From Bdellovibrionota bacterium (GTDB taxonomy: Bacteria; Bdellovibrionota_C; UBA2361; JBGSMV01), in NCBI GenBank assembly GCA_041739995.1, contig JBGSMV010000043.1, positions 18,241 through 82,240 on the forward strand: DNA of 64,000 nt. Direction: 5' to 3'. The position numbers and the translations under genes were made by a program. Of this stretch, positions 18,425 through 25,802 are shown piece by piece; the first letter of the stretch is position 1, and the number at the start of each line of letters is the position of its first letter. The notes beneath the pieces are model-generated. The model was not told where the DNA came from and did not search any database. It saw only the letters and a list, made by a program, of their open reading frames with translations.

Positions 18425-20788
18425 CTACCGTGGGTGCTTGCCGCCGTCGGTGAACCCGGCAATGAATGATCGAACGCGACTCGGTCCCCATCCAGGAAAA
18501 TAGCCGCGGTCCTTATCCAATCGTCGCAAACCACTCCGCCCCCTCCGAACAAGCGAATCTCCAGCCACAGCACCCAAACCTAGAAAGCTGCCCAACAGGA
18601 CGTACGCCGACCAGGGATGCGCCAAGATAGCTCTAGACAGATTTTCGACGCGAAGATCGTTAACGGACTTCCCTGGGATAGTTTCAATCATTCGCGTGCT
18701 GGGTGAGTAGCGCCGCATATCAGCTCCCACGTAAGTAAAACTTAAAAAGCGCCCGTCCTGATCAAGCTCCATTTCAGGGGCAGCGGTCGTTCGATTTGGT
18801 GCTATCACGTAACAGTCGGGAGCAGCGTCAATAAACAGTTGCTGAATATTTCTTACCCCGCCTTCTTGTCCGCCCGTCGAACAGCTCACAAAAGCTATCG
18901 TACCACCGGGCTTCATGAACTTTCCTATATCCTGCACGTACTTGTCATCCGTAGACTCCAGTCGCTCGTCCCGAACGAATGCGGAGAAGCTTCCCCAAGC
19001 GATCTGTCCCTCAAACCCGTGTGCAATCGGTATGAACAGCTCCACCTTTCCTGGTAGTTCCGAAGCAACCTGCTTCATAGTTCTCGCAAACTCATCCTGT
19101 TTTCCAAGCTCAAAATAAACTACTCGATATGCTGCGGTGAGCCTATCGATGATATCCGACTTTCGGTGTTCAGCAGGATTGTTGAGTGTCGCAAAAGCGT
19201 CGTTGTGATCACTCTGCGAAGAGGCCGCTATTACAAGCGCGAAGGGACGATCGTCCTGCGTTCGCAGTGATATGAGATCGGAGAGAGGAGTGAGTGGCGA
19301 CAGTCGTTCGCGAGTCTCTGCATCGGACAGGAGTGTTCGCTGGCGAATAATCTCCCCTGCATTATCAAACCGCTCAATCCCCTGAATGTTAAGAATCTCA
19401 AGTGACTTAAGGCCATTAAAGGCACTCCTAAGCTGCGCAGAGTTGACCACTCCGAACCGAAGGATCTCAGCTGCTACCGCCCTCGGGTTCGAAAAGAATA
19501 GGTCCGCACTCAATCCAGCCCAGCCCCCACCGCGCTCCCCAAATTCCGCCTCGCCAGCAGTGATAAGCCAGGCCAACTCAGGGACGCGCAGACCCCATTC
19601 AGCCATGAAGGGTGAATACGTGACGGAATCCAGTTCATCAGTACACCCCGCCTGAAGGTACCGATTGGCAATTAATCGAACGTGTAGAACGACGTCCGGA
19701 TACACCGACAACACTGGCGAGAGATCGGCTAAGTCATCAAGACGCTGCATCGAATCAAGAAGCTCTTTGCGCTTCGTTCGATCTGCGAAGCGCTCGATCA
19801 GGATCGAACGAACTTCCGGGAGCATGTACATTGTTCGCAAAAATGGAGAGTTCGGATCGTCCCGAATGTCCTCAAGCTTTAGGGCCTCAGTAGCGCCGTA
19901 CAATTCCGGTGGTAGAAATGGCATGAAGCCCGCCTTCTCTGAGATTGCCATGGCCTCCCTAACCAACCGGCCAAGAATCGGGTCCTCAAACGACTGTGGT
20001 TCAAGGTCAGAAACAAGAAGCTCGATAACCAGCCGAGCGACTATCGGCCTTTCAGAAAGTGGTATTGCATCAAGCAACTGCCTACAATTTTCCGCCACTG
20101 CAGTGAGGCTCAGCCCGAACCTTCCTCCGAGAAGGATCGCGCGAGCTCGATCCTCAACAGTCCCTTGTTGTGTCGTCTCTTCCCAAAACTGCCGAACCGG
20201 CTGGGCGGAGAGTGTCCAAATTGGCATTGCTTCAAGGCACACTAACCTTTCCGAGACCGAATGAGTGTCCATTGAGCGAAAGCCATTCGAATATACCTCT
20301 CGCAGGTCATCCTCTAAACGCTTCCGCGTAGCGAGATCTGGCTCAGCTTCCACTATCCTCTCTAAAACGAATGAGACATTAGGATAAAATAAATTTTCTC
20401 TCTGCCAAATCAACGGATTAGACGAAAACACCTCCAACGGGATGACCGCTAGTTCCTTGCGGGTGAGCTCATAGAAGATTTCTGTGAGTGCCGATGCAAT
20501 CTGCGGACTCGCCCAAAGTGCGGGTGGCATTTCGGTGAGAAATTGTTTGCGTTGCGATCCGGTAAGCAGCGCAGCAGCTACAAGATCGGCGTCGGACTTT
20601 TCTGCTTCGGTAAGCTCCTCCCAACGAGTGATACCAATCCGGACTTCTCGAATCGTCTCAGGTCGATCGCGCTGTCGAGTGACACCGACCGGGGGCTCCC
20701 CTCCTTCTTGCGCACACGTTAGCGGTGGCATACTTAGGGCAGCCATGGCCACGAAAGCAGTCGCACTTCTATTCTGTTTCATAAGCAT
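18425..20788 (-). CDS. Large secreted/membrane-anchored protein of unknown function with a C-terminal clan-CD-like Cys-protease motif arrangement
   Basis: 787 aa with signal peptide MLMKQNRSATAFVAMAALSMPPLTCA. A long helical region is followed by an alpha/beta-looking segment with LFIPIAHGFEG (His codon 19019-19021) and TIAFVSCSTGG (Cys codon 18880-18882), 46 aa apart. A C-terminal TM (AYVLLGSFLGLGAVAG) is followed by a basic tail. Confidence 0.6.
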   Translation of the reverse strand: MLMKQNRSATAFVAMAALSMPPLTCAQEGGEPPVGVTRQRDRPETIREVRIGITRWEELTEAEKSDADLVAAALLTGSQRKQFLTEMPPALWASPQIASALTEIFYELTRKELAVIPLEVFSSNPLIWQRENLFYPNVSFVLERIVEAEPDLATRKRLEDDLREVYSNGFRSMDTHSVSERLVCLEAMPIWTLSAQPVRQFWEETTQQGTVEDRARAILLGGRFGLSLTAVAENCRQLLDAIPLSERPIVARLVIELLVSDLEPQSFEDPILGRLVREAMAISEKAGFMPFLPPELYGATEALKLEDIRDDPNSPFLRTMYMLPEVRSILIERFADRTKRKELLDSMQRLDDLADLSPVLSVYPDVVLHVRLIANRYLQAGCTDELDSVTYSPFMAEWGLRVPELAWLITAGEAEFGERGGGWAGLSADLFFSNPRAVAAEILRFGVVNSAQLRSAFNGLKSLEILNIQGIERFDNAGEIIRQRTLLSDAETRERLSPLTPLSDLISLRTQDDRPFALVIAASSQSDHNDAFATLNNPAEHRKSDIIDRLTAAYRVVYFELGKQDEFARTMKQVASELPGKVELFIPIAHGFEGQIAWGSFSAFVRDERLESTDDKYVQDIGKFMKPGGTIAFVSCSTGGQEGGVRNIQQLFIDAAPDCYVIAPNRTTAAPEMELDQDGRFLSFTYVGADMRRYSPSTRMIETIPGKSVNDLRVENLSRAILAHPWSAYVLLGSFLGLGAVAGDSLVRRGRSGLRRLDKDRGYFPGWGPSRVRSFIAGFTDGGKHPR

Positions 20789-21131
20789 TCTCTAATTCAA
20801 TTGTTCTTAAGTTCAGGCCCGCTCAGATATATAGTCAGAACATTCGTGCCGCAGTTGAATACCTACGCTGTTTGTCTTAATGCGACGTCCCCCACTGCAC
20901 CGTCTCGGGATCCAGCGACGGGCTGTTAAGGAGAAGATTTGCCCCGCACCAGAAGGGAAAGAGGTGAAATTTGAGAATTTGGCTAATCCTAGGATGAGGA
21001 GCCCGGCTCTAGCCGAGAATTCTGACGAGGGAGCGATACCGGCGTTTCCTCGGACCGCCCCCCTCGATTAACGATTCCTTAGCGATTAGGGCACTAGGAG
21101 AAGGCTACCTCGAGTTATTGATCATGAACTC

Positions 21132-21593
21132 TCAAGTCTCCCCCGACCCTACCTGCATCACTCGAACTCTCAGGTATTTGGCCTTTGGAGCTATGATGAC
21201 CTTTGCTGAAAGATACTCGGGAGATTCCCATCCCACTGTTCTTGACTTGAAAACTCTCCAGTTTAACTTTGTGTCGCTTTCATCCCTCCGTCCGACCGCC
21301 TGAAGAAACATGACTTCAACATCATCTGCGCCGTATTCGATCTGACCTTTAAGTACACTTACTCGGCACGTGATCTCCTCCGGGGCTCTGCGAACTTGAC
21401 GAAGCTGAAAGCCAGAAGGGACGTGCTCAATGAAAAAGTACGAACGGCATTTTTCACTCACGAAGGGAATCAGATAGGCATCAGAAGTCGGATGCAGCCC
21501 CGGCGATTCACTCTCGGCATGTACCCGAGCCGCTCCGCTCAGAAGAAGCAGAGAAAGAACAACTCCGATGGTGCTTAGCCTGTTGGTGGTCAT
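21132..21593 (-). CDS. Small secreted 2-Cys protein (paralog A)
   Basis: 153 aa with signal peptide ...LLLLSGAARVHA. Cys49 lies in CRSYF and Cys76 in ITCRV. The Cys positions match the neighbouring ORF. Confidence 0.5.
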   Translation of the reverse strand: MTTNRLSTIGVVLSLLLLSGAARVHAESESPGLHPTSDAYLIPFVSEKCRSYFFIEHVPSGFQLRQVRRAPEEITCRVSVLKGQIEYGADDVEVMFLQAVGRRDESDTKLNWRVFKSRTVGWESPEYLSAKVIIAPKAKYLRVRVMQVGSGET

Positions 21594-21648
21594 ATGCTTT
21601 GGTCTCCTTTAGTGTTTTACGGTTTGACAATACAAAATTATTCAACAA

Positions 21649-22122
21649 TTACTCGCTTGCAGTGCTTGAAGGGTATTTAAGATTAGTACTAGCTGTGATG
21701 AGTCTTCGCTGTCCCGGCAACAACTCAAGCGAGGCATATAGGTCGCGGGACACTTGACCGGAGTTTGTCGGGGCCACACTTCGCCTTGCGAATACTTGGG
21801 ACTGGAGACGCCCTTGGGGGCGTACCGGGTGAGAGAAGAATGCCACGTTATAGCGTTTCGGAAGTTCGGGGAGATTCTGCTGGGCGATGCGAAAGGTGCA
21901 GGCCTGCCGAGATCTGACTTTTCGTCTCTGGGACAGTATGCCGTCGATATGGCTACGTCCCTTGAAGAGTCCTCGACATGGGCGCATAACTTCGACCTTC
22001 AGAAGCCCTGGGCGTAACCCTTCTAAGGGCAACGGCTCGATATCTGCTGCCTGAGCGTTTTGAAGAGTTACGAGGAATGCAGCCATCGTGATCGCGAAGA
22101 AGACCGTGCGGTTCATATGCAT
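21649..22122 (-). CDS. Small secreted 2-Cys protein (paralog B)
   Basis: 157 aa with signal peptide ...AAFLVTLQNAQA. Cys49 lies in CRGLF and Cys75 in QACTF. It has the same architecture as 21132..21593. Confidence 0.5.
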   Translation of the reverse strand: MHMNRTVFFAITMAAFLVTLQNAQAADIEPLPLEGLRPGLLKVEVMRPCRGLFKGRSHIDGILSQRRKVRSRQACTFRIAQQNLPELPKRYNVAFFSHPVRPQGRLQSQVFARRSVAPTNSGQVSRDLYASLELLPGQRRLITASTNLKYPSSTASE

Positions 22123-22581
22123 CTCTCCAAATTAGACTAACAACCTTTCGGGGCAGCAGAACTCACCGCCGCTGTTTTCAAAAAGGTTATTCGCCACCGG
22201 CCGCACTCCGTAACTTAAATACTGGCTGTTTCAGCCATTACTCTAATTCGACGCTTAGAACTACTTGTAAGAGATATTAAATTATATATCATAATATCAA
22301 TGGATTAACTTGGTTTTTGCCAAAACTCGCGTCCACAAAGACTGGCTGAAAAAACCTTGAATATTGCTCAAAGGCGCGTCCTCTTTGCGCTAAACTTAAA
22401 CGAAGGCCGAGCGGCAGACAGGTGCCGGGAGTTGAATGTCTTCGTTAAAACGTCCTTTTGTACGTAGAACTGGAATGATTGAACCAGGCACCGCAAAGGT
22501 TACGGGTACAACACAGTGAAAGTGCTCGGTGCAACAATGGCACTATAGAAGACTCTAGGGATTTGGCAGAACTAGATCGAG

Positions 22582-22830
22582 CTAGGGCACCTCAGCCACG
22601 ACACAGGTTGCAGTGAGCGTTTCTTCGCATTTCTCGCCGGGGTTTCCGTTGCTCTGGGTCGGTCCACCTGTTGTGGCATGCTCGCCGCCGAGTGATGCAA
22701 CCTGAAGAGAGGCATTCCTTACTTGCAAATTGAGAGCGCCGCCTAAGGTCGAGATGGCGAATAACCCGATAGAGAATACCGTGACGATGAGAAGGGCGTA
22801 TTCAGTAATGGAGCCGCGGTCATTTCTCAT
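22582..22830 (-). CDS. Flp/TadE-like prepilin (orphan)
   Basis: 82 aa. The sequence MRNDRG/SITEYALLIVTVFSIGLFAISTL has a short basic leader ending in Gly, then an EY pair and a hydrophobic helix. The C-terminal part contains two Cys (EKCEETLTATC). No tad/cpa genes are nearby. Confidence 0.55.
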   Translation of the reverse strand: MRNDRGSITEYALLIVTVFSIGLFAISTLGGALNLQVRNASLQVASLGGEHATTGGPTQSNGNPGEKCEETLTATCVVAEVP

Positions 22831-23708
22831 TTCAACCTACCAAACAATAAAGACACCCCCATTTCTCTGGATTCTGGTCGCTTGCTTCTCTCGCTTTTAA
22901 GAAAGCGCCTCAATTCATTGTTTCGCCTAACGGGCATGTAGGAAAAAACCGTAGTCCAACCACTCGTAATGCACTTGCGGTCGAATTAAATAGACTCCCC
23001 ACTCCCACCAAGCTCAGAACCCGTTCCCACTCTGGCGAGTTTGGCCTGGAACCCCGAGCAATGACTCTACGCCTCAACTATTTAGCTGAGAGGTTTTAAA
23101 TGCCCTCTATTCACATAGCTATCTGCTGGTTCAGGACCTCGAAACCCACCATACTCATTTCACTGGTCATTTTAGCCAGTATTAAGACACATCGCCGCGC
23201 CCCCTCAACATAATCCTCTTTATTGATTCTAACCTCTGTCGAGAGCTTGCAGAATGAAACGTCAAAGCGGTCGCATTTCCTTCCTCATCACTTCGCTGAG
23301 TGCTCACAGGCCTTCCTTTCTGAGAGTCACTTCAATACCCGATTCGACGTTTTTCTGTTGGGGGACCCATCTCACTCAAAGGGTGCGCAGTATGTCCACA
23401 ATCCGCACGAATCCGTCACTCCGAGCCGCACAGAACTTAAGAACCTATCAGGAATTCCCCACCAGCGATTCGTCCTCATTACTCCACGCTAGGAATGTTT
23501 GTACCCGGCCACTTCTCTCGCCACGCCATATCTTCGCCACCATCAATAGCACTTCGCTCTCGACCTCAAGCGATCTTACGCCAAACTCGCCGCACGGAGA
23601 TTTCAACAGCGTTGAAAGATTTAGTTCTGTAGTTTTCTCGGGTCGGGTCGGGGATTTCGCCCCAACACGAGCCTCTAGGAGCTGCAGGTTTTTGTATAGG
23701 AATAGAAA

Positions 23709-24122
23709 ATGAAACTGATGAATGTACTTATTCTTGCATTCTTCGCTACTTTCTCGGGAAGCGCCTTTGCGCAGTCTCAATCGGATAGTGGCCCCACGAG
23801 TTCAATGACCCGCACGCCCACGGCACGCGCCTATGGCTACGTACGGGATGGGCAAGTGGACCGCTCCCGCTCAAGTCGAAATCTACAGGTGCGACAGGTC
23901 GGCGTAGGACACTACTGCCTACGGGTACGAGGACTCTCACGAACAGAAGTTCTTCCGGTCATCTCACCCGACTTTAGTTTTACGGATTGTCTCCAGACTT
24001 TCCCAAAAATCATAAGCTCGATGAACAGCGGGTGCGAACAGGATGAGTTTGGAGTGCTGAATTTCTGCACCGACGAGCTCCCCACCGCAAAGGATCTCGC
24101 CTTTACAGTCATATTTCCTTAA
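23709..24122 (+). CDS. Small secreted protein, unknown function (4 Cys)
   Basis: 137 aa with a clear signal peptide MKLMNVLILAFFATFSGSAFAQ. I recognize no known motif. Confidence 0.45.
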   Translation: MKLMNVLILAFFATFSGSAFAQSQSDSGPTSSMTRTPTARAYGYVRDGQVDRSRSSRNLQVRQVGVGHYCLRVRGLSRTEVLPVISPDFSFTDCLQTFPKIISSMNSGCEQDEFGVLNFCTDELPTAKDLAFTVIFP

Positions 24123-24136
24123 TATATAGAGATTTT

Positions 24137-24190
24137 TGAGCCTCCCCATTTGCGGAGCGTCCAGTATTGGCTCCAAAGGGGGGAGGCTCA
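24137..24190 (+). terminator. Long composite hairpin between convergent genes (putative terminator)
   Basis: TGAGCCTCCCC (24137-24147) pairs with GGGGAGGCTCA (24180-24190). An inner GGAGC/GCTCC stem is also present. The hairpin is followed by TTT and starts 15 nt after the stop of 23709..24122. Confidence 0.45.
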
Positions 24191-24201
24191 TTTAGTCGAA
24201 A

Positions 24202-25035
24202 CTAGGTATCTTCCTCAGTAGATCGCGCCTCGGTCACGCTAAAAGCCGACAGGCAAACCTTCCCCCCGCCTTGGGCCGTTGTCAGATCAGGGTTCAAATC
24301 TTTATCAAACTGAGCGATGAAAGCTCTTGCTCTCGAATGGAAATCCTTGCCTTCTTCAATCAACCATTGCCGAATCGTCGTGAGGTTACGAGGCACGATA
24401 TTATCGAACTCGGTATGTATATGAAGATTCGTGATGTGCTGAGGCGCAAGAATATTTTCCTCCGTACTCCGTATCAGCCCGTCTATATCCTTTGCCACCA
24501 GATCGAAGGCCTCAAGCGGCTCTTGGTCAAGCGGCACGACTTTATAGATAAGCTCAAGCGAGTCGTCGACTCTCTGCACAAACTTACGCCTCTCAAACTC
24601 GAACTGAACGGTTCCAGGATTTAAAGTCGTGCTCACTCTCTCACAAAGACGCTTAAATTCAGCACTTCGCCCTTTGAAAGTAAGAATACGAGGAACTCCT
24701 GGTTTCTCTGAAAAATGTGGGTCAAACTGCCACTGCGCTATCACACGTGCCAGCAGGTTCTTAGAAGGAGAAACATCCTCCTCATTCATCTTGAGCAAAC
24801 GACGAATCTCTGGTCGGCGGATTCCGGTAACGGCGCTTAACCTACTCACATTAGGTTTAAGCTGTTGCGCCCCCAAGTCTTCGGCCGCAACCTCGACAAA
24901 CCCCTGCTTAAGAATTTCTACCAGATCCTGCAGGGAGCAGGACGAGCGCACACACAGACGCACAAGCGGTAGGACAAGCCGCTTCAACGCCTTGCTCTTT
25001 AGCGTCGGATCTATCTTCGCCCAGTGACTTACCAT
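24202..25035 (-). CDS. Hypothetical protein with an N-terminal helix-turn-helix-like segment (candidate regulator)
   Basis: 277 aa. NVSRLSAVTGIRRPEIRRLL resembles an HTH recognition unit. There is no signal peptide. It is divergent from the gene at 25346 across a palindrome-containing spacer. Confidence 0.5.
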   Translation of the reverse strand: MVSHWAKIDPTLKSKALKRLVLPLVRLCVRSSCSLQDLVEILKQGFVEVAAEDLGAQQLKPNVSRLSAVTGIRRPEIRRLLKMNEEDVSPSKNLLARVIAQWQFDPHFSEKPGVPRILTFKGRSAEFKRLCERVSTTLNPGTVQFEFERRKFVQRVDDSLELIYKVVPLDQEPLEAFDLVAKDIDGLIRSTEENILAPQHITNLHIHTEFDNIVPRNLTTIRQWLIEEGKDFHSRARAFIAQFDKDLNPDLTTAQGGGKVCLSAFSVTEARSTEEDT

Positions 25036-25199
25036 GCGTTTTTGGATGAATTGGCCATTAAATGTCCTTCGACACGACTACGACTTAGCTGGAGAACTAG
25101 CGGCCAAATATCTCCTAAGATTAAATATATTAGCGTGTTAAATCAGAAAGCAGAGCGTATCAGCTAAATACTCTAAGTCGCATATGTCAGGCTATACCA

Positions 25200-25228
25200 A
25201 AATTACTGGTCACAGTGACCAGTAATTT
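25200..25228. promoter_or_regulatory. Perfect 14+14 bp palindrome (candidate operator)
   Basis: AAATTACTGGTCAC a GTGACCAGTAATTT, read directly. It lies in the divergent intergenic region between 24202..25035 (-) and 25346..25741 (+). Confidence 0.5.
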
Positions 25229-25345
25229 GTGTCCTCCTACCTGGCACGCCCTTTGCTTTACTCTTTCCTCGACGCACGCTGCCCCACCACCACGGTGAGC
25301 CTCGCGGCTCACAGGCGTGCGTCACATTTTTTCCAAAGAGGTTTT

Positions 25346-25741
25346 ATGAAGTACATACGTCGTTCAGGGATCTACTTTGCACTTGCTCTCTCATTCGGAG
25401 TCGTGACTGCGGCTCACGTAGCTGTTGCTCAAGAACGCAGAGTTTCTGGAGCCCAGGAAGATCTCGCTACTCTTGGAGCCGCGATTGAACAGGCTACCGG
25501 TGCAGTCTTCTCAAGAAAGGAACTTAAACTCCTCACCGAGATCGATCCACTTCCGCCAGTGAACACTCAGGGAACCGAGCCTGCGAACCACCAATCGGGC
25601 GATCCCTTCACACGTTGCATGGGCGGGTGTGATGCAGCTCACGCCTCTTGTCTTAATCGCCTGTGGTTCTTTGTACAGTTTCGCTGCAACAACTTAAGGC
25701 AAAACTGTCAGATGGCTTGCGCCATAGACGCACTCGATTGA
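25346..25741 (+). CDS. Small secreted Cys-rich protein with mirror-symmetric cysteine spacing
   Basis: ORF 25229..25741. The likely start is ATG 25346 after AAAGAGG. The signal peptide is MKYIRRSGIYFALALSFGVVTAAHVAVAQ. The C-terminal 45 aa contain C-x3-C-x6-C-x11-C-x6-C-x3-C. Confidence 0.5.
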   Translation: MKYIRRSGIYFALALSFGVVTAAHVAVAQERRVSGAQEDLATLGAAIEQATGAVFSRKELKLLTEIDPLPPVNTQGTEPANHQSGDPFTRCMGGCDAAHASCLNRLWFFVQFRCNNLRQNCQMACAIDALD

Positions 25742-25802
25742 TGACCTGCCACCCGAGAGTGTCTGCAGTTTAGAATGCGAAGAAGTAAGGGCTAACAGAG
25801 CT

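Noticed and set aside
18318-20952. The 12-mer GCCCCGCACCAG occurs on both sides of the 787-aa gene (18318-18329 and 20941-20952), suggesting att-like direct repeats.
   Set aside because: On the order of a hundred chance 12-mer coincidences are expected in 64 kb. The matches do not extend convincingly beyond the 12-mer, and no integrase or mobility gene is present.
23254-23712. A 152-aa ORF in the long spacer upstream of 23709.
   Set aside because: Its composition (Ser/Arg/Thr/Phe-rich) mirrors the C-rich, G-poor DNA. It has no SD and runs into the start of the next gene. It is treated as non-coding.
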